A stretch of DNA of 64,000 nt from Owenia fusiformis (lineage: Eukaryota): positions 12,462,001 through 12,526,000 of the forward strand of contig CAIIXF020000001.1 in NCBI GenBank assembly GCA_903813345.2, written 5' to 3'. Each line of letters opens with the position of its first letter. Position 1 is the first letter of the stretch. Made by a program: the position numbers and the translations under genes. Below, piece by piece: positions 1 through 13,400 of this stretch. The notes under the pieces were generated by a model. It did no database searches, had not been told where the DNA came from, and saw only the letters and a program-made list of their open reading frames with translations.

Positions 1-428
1 GAGGATATCCTATGATTTATAAGTGATATGATTTTTATCCACGAATGGATATGATATCTGCACGAGCGAGCATAGCGAGAGAGTGCAGATATCAATATCC
101 ATGAGTGGATTAAAATCATATCACGAGTAAATCATAGGATGTTCTTTTTATTCCATAGTTAAAGTCATCATCAGAATCGTCGGAAATTAAGCTATTTAAT
201 TCGAATTTCCAAACGATCCGGCGATGTTGACACTTAGCCTCGTTTTGAGTCTGAAGTAGCAAAAATCCATAAACCATCGCATACGACGTCGTATGTCATG
301 GCTGAAAAACCGTATGTTATGGTTAAGTGAAAATTTGTCAAAAATATCATATTTTACCACTGATTACAAAAATACCGTTTTTATTTTCACATGTTATCCT
401 ATGAATATCATGCTAACTATGGAATAAA
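1..428 (+). mobile_element. Hairpin-headed non-autonomous element A (Crypton-like architecture)
   Basis: Imperfect palindrome of about 137 bp (5-141), then TTTATTCCATAGTTA (147-161) with its exact reverse complement at the right end (414-428). Confidence 0.6.
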
Positions 429-475
429 TAGAGATTATCCTACACTTAGTGTACTAAATGTATAATAACATGAAA

Positions 476-1032
476 TTATCCTATATGACGTTCAGGATAT
501 TGGGATTATCCCGAGGCAAATATAATATATTTGCCCGAGGGCCGCAGGTCCCGAGGGAAAATATATTATATTGACCAAGGGATAATCCCAATATCCTGAA
601 CCGACTATAGGATAATATGTTTATCCCATACCAATCTTGGTCATCTGGTTCACATTGTTCAATCGTGGAAACATTTTAGAATATTCATGTCCAGTTTTGT
701 TTTCTTGGCCATGGGGGGACTTTCCTGTTCTCTCAAATATTCCCACATTTATTTTCTCGAATTTTTTGATTGATTAAGTGGATGCTCCTTCCCTTCTTTA
801 AACCATCAAACAGATCCCGATAGTCTGTGTTTTCTCCATTGTCGTTTACAGTCATTACGCAAACGTTACAAATTATGAACAAATAAGCGAGCGGCGATTA
901 TGACGTAGCGGGCAGATATACTATATCTGCCCGCTCGGAGCGGGACGTAAAGCTATATCTGCCCGCTGATGAAAATATAAGATTTTACAAACCGGCTTTA
1001 TGTACCTGTAACACGTCCAAGTATGGGATAAA
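476..1032 (+). mobile_element. Hairpin-headed non-autonomous element B (Crypton-like architecture)
   Basis: Palindrome 476-615 with apex GAGGGCCGCAGGTCCCGAGGG; internal TTTATCCCATAC (620-631) is inverted at the right end as GTATGGGATAAA (1021-1032). Confidence 0.6.
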
Positions 1033-1217
1033 TCGAGTTATGTTTTTGTTATCATACCAAAAAAATATGCAATATCAAGTCATTGAATTACGCATGACCC
1101 AATCCAATTAGTGTAAAGTTAAATTCAATTCTCCTTCTAGTTTCATTCAGTGCATTTCTTCTTCCTCTCTGCAGACCCTTGAAATGACAACATTTTGTAT
1201 ATTCAAGAAACAAGGTA

Positions 1218-1397
1218 CAGTAAAACCTGTCTAAGTGGAACAACAGTGGTACCTCTAAAAACGTTCCACTTAGGAATTATTCCACTTATAGAGGTTCATT
1301 AAACATTAAGTCAGTTGGTCTTGGGACTATGATGTGCAGTGTTCCACTAACAGAGGTGTTCTGCTTCTAGAGGTGTTCTACTTCACAGGTTTCACTG
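1218..1397. mobile_element. pogo/Tigger-like MITE (CAGTAAAACCTGT...ACAGGTTTCACTG)
   Basis: TA|CAGTAAAACCTGT left end, ACAGGTTTCACTG right end, internal GTGGAACAC/TCCACTTAGAGG repeats; related copies elsewhere in the window. Confidence 0.65.
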
Positions 1398-1477
1398 TGT
1401 GGAATACCCCAGAAAGTAGGAGGCAGGATTGCACCGAATGAAATGCTTGGAGATTAATTAAACTGGCAATTATGTAC

Positions 1478-4400
1478 CTGGCACTCGACTCTGGTTTTTA
1501 GCCATAGTTGTACAGTTGATGATATCAGAGTTACAGCTGTCTCCCGCCCCATTGCTCGCCATGACGCAGAAATAATACAGTGTATCGCTCTCCAGGTTAT
1601 TCACAATGAGGCTGGTAGCAGTGTTGTGAGCCTGGCTGTAGCCAAACTTACGCTCTTCCAGAGGTGTCTTGAATGTAACAATCTCCTAAATGTTGGAAAC
1701 AAATAAAGAGGTAAATACTGTTTATGACTCCAAGTATTAAATCAGCAGCTTAACTTATTATTTCCTGTGAATGGTAATCAGGGGGGTAGGGTAATCAGGG
1801 GGGGGGGGTAGCGTAATCAGGGGGTAGCCAGGGACCAACAAAAACAGTTGAGGCATTATATAAGTGAGGTAAAGTTTCAGCCAAAGAAGATACTACAGGG
1901 TGTCCTGGATAAGCTTTAAAATAATATATGACACATACAAAAGGTTGCAATGTCTTTCTTAAGAAATTCAATGGTAAATGACTTTCAATTTTGATATTAT
2001 CTACCTGAAGCAAATAACTTCAAAATAAGGAAACAGTCCATGAGCAAAAAATGAACATTGGTTTAGATGTTTATTACAATCAATGTACCTGTTCTCCCTT
2101 AGCCTTCTGTTCTAGTGAACAGTAACAGACTGAGTAACCATCTACCACATCGTCATAGCTACATGGTTGCAACACCAGGACAACACTGTCGCTTGATCTG
2201 GTACACTTGCTCACATCAACAACTGGGGTACTAGGAGCTACAACATACAAAGTAAAATAACAAATAATGAGATGAAAAACAAGATACAATAGTGAGTGAT
2301 ACAATGCAACATGAATACAATATGATACAATAAAACACATGATACTAAAATAAAATATACAAAATTAAAGGGACAATTCTTGTAACTCTGAATCTAAATA
2401 CCCAAAACAGTGATTTGTAACTTGCAATATTGGTAGATGGGCAGGTCCTATTTTTGCAGAAAAAATATATTAAGAATCTAAGCAACAAAATATAATTTAG
2501 TTCAATTTGCAAGGCCATTAATGTTGAACATTTTCAAATAGTACACCTAAGGTCATACAAGGGCATATGACAATAGATATAATATAATATACCTGGATCG
2601 ATTAACAACTTAATGAAAACCATTACCATTTTGCATGAAACAATTTTTAATTAAAAAATGTGATATCAACACCCAACAACTATGAACATATTGAATATTT
2701 ATTAATTCCAATCCTTCATAATCTATTTTGCACAATTTTTACAGTATATAAGGTGTGATTTTTTTCTTGACAAAAAAATAATAAAGTTTTATGTATGAAG
2801 GGAAAACACCATATACATGTATTATCTCTATGGGAACCTACCATCACTTTTCTTGATTCCAATTTTTCTCCCATTGATTCATATATTTAAAAAACATTGA
2901 AATGTGAACAACGCTGCTAATCTGAACACTCTTGACCGGTGTTTAGATGAGACAGATTTTACTGTATAGTACTACATTAAAATAATATTGTACCAGTAAG
3001 TTGCATTATCGTCATCAATGCCCTGAAACTATCTTTGACAGATGTTATTTGTCAGACTTTCAGGTGAAAACATGATATTGCAATAGGCTCAAGGCTACCC
3101 CACAACAATCCTTCTCAAAATGATCCTAAATCACTGATTGAATGAATGTTTTCAATTCTTTAACGGCGAATTTTTGTATGACTGGGGAGCAAGTGAATCT
3201 AGGGTTCAATATTTCCACGATCTAGCTAATTTTAAGGATTAAAATCTTGCTTGCTGTCAAAAAAAAAACATGTACCAAAATGCAGCCTGAATCTGAGCCA
3301 TTTTCCAATTCATGAATTATGTTGTTTGAATTTGCTTCTTTCCAACAGCTTTGTTTTACAGATGCCTAATCTACTAGGCTTTGATACTCAAGGATCAATA
3401 CGTACTCAAGGTAAATGGAGTGAGTTATCCAAGATCCTTTAAATATGAGGAGATAAGGTACAGCCTTTAATAAATTCAAAAGATATACAAATACTTTGAT
3501 TGCACTTTGAACTAAACTCAACAGAACTACTTCTTATATTACACTATCATACATAAAGCTGCATATAATACAGTCTGACAATGATCATGAACTTACTAAA
3601 GAATCTGATATCTTGAGCGAAGTGGGGAAAGACGTGAAGTAAAAGCATTTTCAATAGTTACAAGCTTTGCAACCTTGATGTCACTGTATATATAGCCGTA
3701 TTGTAGTGATTATTATAAGTGTTTAGTATGATTGAAAATAACCATGAAATGAAAAGTTGAAACAGAAAATAGAATCTAATATTTTGAGAGGGGAGAAGAA
3801 ATACTTGCAGGATAAAAACAGGGATGGTGATGAAGTTATCGAAGAGCCAGTTGGCAGGAGCACTGGCGACTCTCAAGAAGAAGACCCCACAGTCTCTTCC
3901 TGTAAGTATTTCACATGGTATACAGCTGCAAATCAAACTAGCAAATCAGTTATTGTATATGATAGTTGCCTATAGAAGTATGTGTTGTCGGAACATAATC
4001 AATGACTCATGAGTGCCATGAATATTCTTAAAACTTCTCAGAACAATAGAGGTATTTTCAAACATTTCATATTAAATACAGTTAAACCTGTCTTAGCGAC
4101 CACCTCTCTCTCTAGTGAACACCTGTGTCTAGTGAACACTCCTTCCTCCACACATACTCTACTGACTTCTGGAAAATTACCCTCTCTGTATTGAACACCG
4201 ACCTACAGAGAACACTTTTTTGTGGCTCCATACTTGGACTGTACATAGGTTTAACTATACAGGGTGTCTACCATAGACAGGTGTTCACAAGAGAGAGGTG
4301 TTCGTTTCATTTATTTGAAGATGTGTGGAGTGATCCAAGCTGAGTTAATTGTTGGCTGGGACTGGTATGACTTCATTGTAGACAAGTGGCCAGACTTGAC

Positions 4401-7400
4401 ATGTATTGCTGCCACCCCACAGGAATGGCTTGTTAAACATGTTAGTATTCAAGTGTATGTTAATTGCATGATAAACCCAACTATCAAACAGATTGAGAAT
4501 GTGAGTTTATACTTTTGATTTAATGTTCTTCAAAGCTACACTAGAGGAAGTATGTATAACTGATGATTGACTGATTTCAAAATATGATAAGTGAGGCCTG
4601 AGCCTACTCCCCTCTAGAAGTATATGTAGAGAGTATTTATGTGGTGCTGCAGGTCGAGTGCACTCCACATATTAAGACCAATGTCATTACTTTTAGGGTG
4701 TCATCAATAAAGGAAAATCAAACTGATGTGGAATACATTTTCCATTTGTATCATTGCAGAAAGCCAACAATGGTGGTGATGTATGGATGAACATTTTCTC
4801 CTGCAGTTCTGATGCATCAACCGCAGCATTCATTGAACAATGTGGGATCAAATTCAAAAATGCTCTATTCTTTTCAGGTACTAAGCTTATAAATCTTTTT
4901 AAACTAAGATTGTACAGTGAAACCTGTAAAGTGGAACACTTCTAGAAGTGGAACACCTCTATTAGTGGAACACTTCAGTGTCCCAAGACCAACTGACTTA
5001 TAATGTTATATAAACCTCTATAAGTGGAACACCTCCTAAGTGGAACAGCTCCTAAGTGGAACACATTTTAGAGATACCAAAGGTGTTACACTTAGAGAGG
5101 TTTTGCTGTTCCCAGTTTGCATCATCTGATCATCATCTGATAATTAGAGGTTATGTCACTATCGTGGCATATATGCCCAAGGGTTTCAGTGATATATGGC
5201 CCGACCTTGGGAGGGACATTGATCTCTGAGAACCGAGGGCATATGTGCCACGATAGTGACATAAATGATTTATAACATACCTATGATGATGTAGACTGGT
5301 CAGAGAGTACCGTTTTCTTATAGAATTGACAAACAAATGGTTTGAAAATGATTGAAATGAGTTAAGAAAAATTGCTTGCGCAGTTTTATCTTCGATTGAT
5401 TGGTTATGACATCAGCGCCTTGACCAATCAGAAAGTTAGGGGGCGCTGGCTTTTCAAAACTTATATTGGCCCGCTGTCTTGTGTACACTTTGCACTATAC
5501 ATCATCATAGATATGTTATAATCTACCATATAAGGTAAATAATAAAGCTTGTTAGTTACTTTCTCTTACCCAAAATATTTTACAGTAAATCCTGCATGAC
5601 TTTGAAAATGTTTCAAAATACACTAACAATGCCAGAGAATTCAGCTAAATACAGTGTGTACTTTGTATATATTTGGGACAAGAGATTAAACCAATCAAAA
5701 CCATTAAGATTTGATTTGATCCTGTGTATTAATTGTTGGTCACCTGAAATGGATGACAAATAATCTATTTTATTTGTAGCAATACAAGATAATGTATTGA
5801 GATGTCTGAGGAAGATGTCTTCATCTCTGGGCAGCATAAGAACAAGCCCATGTCATATATTTGGTATAGATGGCAGTGCCAATATGTAAGTAAATGTTTC
5901 AGGGATCTCAAATTTTTGAGTATTTGAAAAAGTGTGAGGTTTTCTTACCTTTCCCATTTCCCCAATAAAACAGAGAAGATTGTTTATAGACTGTTAATAA
6001 GTAAAGCTAATTTAGCCTTAAACTTTTATGTTTATTTATTTGGTTGACCCAAATGCAGGAAATTTTCAACAAAATGTTAAAATTTCAGATTTATTGTATA
6101 TATTGGAGATTTAAGTAATACTTAGCACTCTTAAAAAAACATTTGCATTTTTGGGATAGCTTTAACATTCACAGTGATACTATTGCTCATTACTATACTA
6201 TTATATGTACATGTACATCAATTTATGGTCTCATGAAATAGAAAAATTTTGATATTGCAGGATTAAAGATGTCAATTTTGATGGCTTGATGTTTGATGAG
6301 CTACGACAGAGTGATGTAGATTATGTCAATAGCACATGGACATTTGGTGGATCAAAACAAACCAAAGAGCTCATCAGCAACTATGTTGAAGTATTCCCAT
6401 CATCTTGTATTAGAGACAAAGAGAACAATTCAATATATGCCCATATGATGGTTACAAGAGATCTGAGTATGGGCATGCTACATGTGGCGGAGTCTAAACG
6501 TCGCTTGGGATATGGATCAATTGTCATAAATAATTTGGCGGCAAAAGTAAAAGCGATTGGAGGGATGCCTTTTTGGTTTGTGGTAGAAGACAATTTGGCA
6601 TCGTTAGCACTGTCTGAAAGGAACGGAAAGAAACTATGCGACGATATATTCTCCTGGGCAAGATTTGAGCCCAATAAATAAAAGGAAAGTTTCACATACA
6701 TTTGTAAATAAATGTTGTTACAAAGTAGAAATAAGCAATCTCCATAATCTTTATGCAACTTTATTATACAAATATAATACATTTAATTTAAAGAAAAGGC
6801 CAATTTAACATAAATTCCTTGCAATATCTTGCTGTTTTTAGTGAAAATAATTCAGAATTTGAGTAAGGAGAATTTCAATCCACACACCACACATACAGAA
6901 TCCTAGGAGAAGTGTATTATGGTATTTATGGGACAAGGTTGCCATTGAGACCTTTTGGTAGTTTGGAACTAGACAGAAAAACAAATTGCTATTGTATTAG
7001 CCTGTAATAATCCAGAGGTCAACAGATCTGGAGTTATACCTTTTGCCTTGGTAGATATGTCAGATAGAGATCAGATAGATACACAAGAAAAGCAAAATAT
7101 CTTCACCTTTGTCAAGTAAAATGTAATAAATACTTGCCTCGTAATTTTCTGTAATCTTTCTGTTTGCATGGTATCAATTATAGATAGTATTTATTTATTT
7201 TAAGTGTTTTTTTTCATGCTCTCAAACTGGAACATTGAATTCAGTTTGCAATATTCAGGGTTTGTCATCTCTTATTTGGTTCTATCAGATCATCATTTTA
7301 GGACTTCAACTCATTCAAAGAATTGGTTACTACATGTTAAACTCATTTATATTTTAAAACTAATTCATCAGTCATCACAACTTGCTAACTTCTGAAACAT

Positions 7401-10400
7401 TTCATACATAAGAGTGTTTTTGAAATGCACAATGCAATAGAAACATCACCTGGCAGATATTTTGAGAGTGAAACAGACAAAAACGGTTTCAAACTCTATT
7501 ACCTAACACTGATCCAAAGGCCGTTTTCCATACTTAGGTTTAACTAATGAGTTGTTATCACAGCAAAGTGGAATTTATTTATTAGATTTATTTAAATCTA
7601 ATAGTGCAACTATACATGTTCTTTAGTAACTTATTAACTTATTAAATCATTTCATAATAAGTAGATTTCAAATCTGTACATATGTCAATAGGTATCTGAT
7701 ATACTGGTTTACAATCCACTGAACATGATGAAACATTTGAATTTGAAAAAGTACTTTGAGTAGAGAAGGCCAAAGACTTATATTACCAAACAACTGCAAT
7801 GGTATTGAAGTTGTTAAGGAGCCAGTTACCAGCTGCACTGTTGACTCTGAAGACAAAGGCTCCACAGTCTCAACATGTAAGTACATATACTACATTTCAG
7901 TAAATGCAAAATGTGTAACAACTCTTACACCAGGGATAAATGAAATGTGGGTCATAATGAGAAATGGCCCTGCTCTCCATCAATCACAACCTTGACAACT
8001 GTTCATTATGCTCATTCAGGGCCAAAGAGAGCCATAGAGAAATGGGGACAATAAACCCTGGTGTACAATAATTCATCTTACCAGTTAGCAAAGCAGTAAA
8101 CCATATCACAATGGTCAGCAATGTAGCAAATTAAAATATACATATTAATTTTGGCAAGGAGTCTGAAATCCTTATGGTCCTTATGAATGCAATTCATATT
8201 TCATATATTTGAAGATGTGTGGACTGATCCAAGCTGAACTATTTGCTGGTTTGGAATGGTTCAACTTTGTTGTAGACAAATGGCCAGATTTCACATGCAT
8301 TGCTGCCACCCCAGAGGAATGGCTTATTAAAAAGGTGAGTGCTCAAACCCCATGTTATTAATATTGTAGGAAACTATTGTAAGATCACAGTATAGAGGTA
8401 GAGAGGTTTCAATTTCGCACAACGTTTTAGTTCAATAGGAGAACTCAATACAAAGTATCAAATGATAGGAACATTTTACTTTTTGCGTCTTGCTTTGCTT
8501 GTATTCTTCATTAAAACAACTAAAACAAGGCATTAACATGACCAAAGTCGCACTAACAATTTTATGTTATTTCGAAGTGGTGTCATAATAGCCAAATAAA
8601 TCAATGCTTTAAGACTCACTTCATCGATTCAAAATAATAAAAATGGTGGGTCTTTTTCACCTAAGTATTTCAACATTTCAGATACCTAACATTGACGACA
8701 ATGTAAGGGTGAGTGTTTTCTCACATGGTTCTGATGCAGTGACTACTACATTCCTCCAACAATGTGGAATCAACTTTCAAAACAAAATATGTTTTTCAGG
8801 TATAAGAAACTCTTGTATAACTCTCTCAAAAATCAATCTTGACTGACCTGACCCTTTTATCCTCAAACAAACCACAAGATACACAATTTATTCTATGAAT
8901 CCAAGTCCTAAAATATTTTCCCTTTAATACAAATACTTCTTTCAACCATTGCATATCCAAACTTTACCACTGTGGTTGAGAAATCAAAGCATTACAATGT
9001 ATATCTAAAAAAAATGTTTTGCAACATCCAGTATTAAATGTCAATAATCTTTCTGAGATTGTTGAGTTTTTTTACATGTATAATTCTCCTGTGTTAATGA
9101 ATCAAAAAGCAATTCATGCCATGCAGGGTATATTTTTCAATGCAGAACTTAGAATTCCTCAGATAAACAAAAGGCACACAGGGAAATCAACATGTTTGAA
9201 GAAAAGGATTCTGAAAAGTTTAGTTCCCTTAGAACCTCCACAACCAAAGTTACTGAATATTAATTTTTATTGGCAGCAATAGAAGAGAATATCATAAGAT
9301 GCATAAAGAATATGACTCCAACGCAAGGCACCATCAGAGTAACTGAACCATGTTTTATGTTTGGAGTTCACAACAAAGTTTCAAATATGTAAGTACATGT
9401 ATGAAGAGACAAGTGCGAACTTTTCTTTCTTCCCCAATTCATGAAGTAAATTTTCAAGTTGAAATATTTTTGTGCAAATGTAGAAGATTTGAACCATGAT
9501 TCTCATAATCTTAGATGTATAACTGTACATTTAAGCAAAATTTAAATTTAAATTTTGATTTACTAGGTCTAAAGATATTGAATCAAATGGTGTGATAGTT
9601 GATGAATTAAGGGAGAGCGATGTCGATTATGTGAATGCTACATGGACCTTTGGTGGAAACGTACATACCAGAGCATTCATCAGCAATCTAGTTGAATCAT
9701 TTCCAACATCTTGCATCAGAGACAAGGAAACCCATTCAATATATGCACATATGATGTTATCTAGTGATCTGAGTATGGGCATGCTACATGTGGAGGAGTC
9801 TAAACGTCGCTTGGGCTATGGATCAACTGTTATAAATAATTTGGCGGCAAAAGTTATACAGATTGGAGGGATACCTTTCTGGTATGTTGTCACTGACAAT
9901 CTGACATCTACAGCAATGTCTAAACGTAATGGCAGAACACTATGCGATGACATATTTTCCTGGGCAACATATTTGCCACATAAGTCAAATGAGGAAAAGT
10001 TTAACTAGACTGTGAAAGTAATTTGATTTTGATTTTTTAGAACACTCCCTTTCAACTCTTAGTATATAGAACATACTGTACATCGAAAGTGTAGAATAAC
10101 TTTGTGTTAGTACAATATAAGAATCCTTTATGAGATGGCTATCTGTAAAACTGTGTGTATACCATAATCACTGTGATATTAAGTATACTAGGTCATTCAA
10201 TAGGTTCTGAGAAAAGTCTCATAAATTAATTGTTTAAATAATTGTTAATGACTTTCTTCTAGAAATCTTCACAGGGTATGATCCATCTTTTTGGAGAAAA
10301 ATATGGTTATTCATGTTTTGAGTGGGTGAAGATTTTCTCATAACTTATTGATCGACCTGGTACATAGCACATTGATGAAAATGATATTGAAGTTTGTCAT

Positions 10401-13400
10401 ATACCCCATAATTTCATCTCATTACCATTCCTGATGCATCCCATACACTTCCCTCCTAGGATTTTATGATTTTATTGTATTTCGTCTCTTTTAATTTCAT
10501 CATTTGTTTATGAATTATTTGGTCCCTCTAGTCCAGTCTCTCAAAAGATATCATATCATCCCTATGATAAACCCAATATACAATCCCTCCAAAGGCATAA
10601 CCTCTATGTCTAATACAAATATATGCATATCACCCAGGTTCATTTTCGCATGTCTATTTTGGGAGATTTATTTAGAATTTCATCTAAAAGAGCCAGATCT
10701 GCAAATCCGGGTCAGACAAAAATGTACAAGTTACACATATAAGAATAGGCGTTCTCTGTAAAGGCCACAATATAATCAAAACCTACAATGATTCATCCTT
10801 TATATGAAATGTCAAAATAAATTCTATGAATAAAAGAATACATCTGTACATGTATTGCAGCTACTGCACATTAAAATCCAAATGTTAGCTGTAAATTATG
10901 GGAACTTTAAGTGAAAGAAGGATGGCCAAGAGAGAAGACATAAACTGACAGACTACTGTTGCCATCTTTCTTTCAACAAAGTGGCTACTGTAAATGGATT
11001 ACCTGTAGCTAGTGCTGTGGTCACATTTGATTTTCAGTGCCGGCACCTGTCCGATGAGTATTTTGTTTAAAATTGCATTCAGTTCTGAAGAAAATATTTA
11101 TCGGCCAGACACTGGTGTTGAAGATTGGCGCAAATATGACCATGGTATAAGGTGAAATATTAAGAATGTACCTGAAAGGTATGTCATGTCCCTTAGCATG
11201 GCCTTTTCTTTACGGAAGTCAACAACATTGTTTTTGACCTGCAATGTCTGTGAAATCACAAGGTGGCTGGCCTCAGGGGTGCCCTTCATCACTTTATCAT
11301 TCACAGAGTTAGCCAACTATAAATAAATCAACAATGGGCAATAGAAATTATGTTTAAAATGGCAAATCTGTTTGACATGAAATAGATAATAATATGAAGA
11401 AACAATTCTGCCATCTTTAAAGTTGACTAAAACCTATAAGAAGAATTTAATAACACCTACTTCTTCACCGCTGTATCAATTCAACTATTTATTTCACATG
11501 ATATTGTTCTTTTGGTTTTATCTTTTATCTTCTTGTTTTTGTTAAGAGTAACATTGACGCACCATACGCATACTTAACACAGAAAATAATTCAAGTTCAA
11601 GATAAAAGAAACTGTTAAATGTGTCAATAAGATAACACAGGTGCCACTCAATGTTATCTCATAAAGTCTAAAGTCATTGCGCTATGTAACATAAAAAAGA
11701 TAAACTTTTTAAAATGAGCACTTAAATGATAAACCAAAAACTGTAATGCGTATTAGTTCTTGATTAGTAATTATCGCTGTCAATTGCAAGATGCGACTCG
11801 ATATCCTAGCATTGTTGTTATGTATCAGTGATGCTAAGTATGTCACTGTGAATACAACCTACGGACAACTAAGAGGTGAGGTTAATACAGCCATTGGTGA
11901 ATACCCCAAGGGAACGCTTAACAATATCACCAGCACACAATTTTTAGGTGTTCCATTTGCCAAGCCACCAATCAATAGACTGCGTTGGAAAGCTCCAGTT
12001 GAACAGGACACTTGGACAGGGGTAAAGGATGCTTTGGATTATGGTAATGCATGTTGGCAAGCACAAAGACCCAACGTGGACTATTCAGAGGACTGCCTAG
12101 TACTTAATATATGGATACCAGGAGATGTGAATCAAACTGCTTTAAAAAACCTAAACCTTTCTGTTATGCTATACATTCATGGTGGTGGTTTCCAGACTGG
12201 TACTAGCTCTCGGTATTTTGGAGGTTTCATGTCAAATGACAACAATGTTGTCACGGTAACAGTGAACTATCGTCTAGGAGTCCTGGGATTTTTCTCAACT
12301 GAAGATTCAACGGCTGAAGGAAATTATGGACTGCTTGACAATATCATGGCACTGCAATGGGTCAAAAATAACATCAAAAACTTTGGCGGCAACCCTAACT
12401 CTATAACCATATATGGGGAATCAGCTGGGGCAGCAGCAGTATCACATCTTATGTTGTCTCCAATGGCGGAAGGACTTTTCCACAGAGGAATAACTCAGAG
12501 TGGAGTAGCCACAGTATACTGGGGCATAGCTAGGAACTATCTAAAAGAGCTATCAAATTTGCTTGGAGAGAAGTTAGACTGTCCATCGCGTGACTCAAAG
12601 GCATTGACGAATTGCTTGCAAGATAAAGATCCAAAGGAAGTTACAAATGCAGCCATCCAGCTTGATGGTGAAATACAGCTGAACAGGAATGACACTCAGA
12701 GTAAATACCTGCCTAGAATTGATGGAAAAGTAATCATTGATGAACCTTTGAAAGTGCTTCAATCCGGAAACTTCTACCCATATGATTACATGACAGGTAT
12801 TAACAGTCATGAGGGCTGGATGCTACAAAACACTGTTGCGATTGATTTAAGGAACAAAACCCTTGAACAAGGAATCAATTTCACTGACTTTGATCTCCTT
12901 ACTCAGCGTTGGATGCGTTTTCTAAGCCACCCTGATAAACGGTTTGAAGTCAGCCAGGCTGTGAAACTTGTATATGACGTGTACTCATCAACTGCTGACA
13001 GCATTGATCGCTCTAAATCCTATTTAGACTTTCTCTCAGACTTTGTCTGGATTGCTGACAACGATAGATTCGCTAAATTGTACAGCAAAAAGTCCACAAA
13101 TATCTACAACTATTACTTCTCACCGGAGGTATCAGAATACCAGAGGCGAATAAAATTTGCAAAGCCAGCCCCTGATTGGGTAAGAGCGAGTCATGCCGAT
13201 GATATATCATATGTGTTTGGGTTTGCCAAGTATGCAAAGGCTGACAATGCAACAGATGATGAGAGACTGTTCAGTGATGCAGTCATGAAAGCTTGGGCCA
13301 ACTTTGCCAAAACTGGGTGAGTATAACTGAGTAACTTTGTGGAAATACCAATGTGTCATCTTACATCAAATATCCATGATTACAACAGGCAATAGAATAC

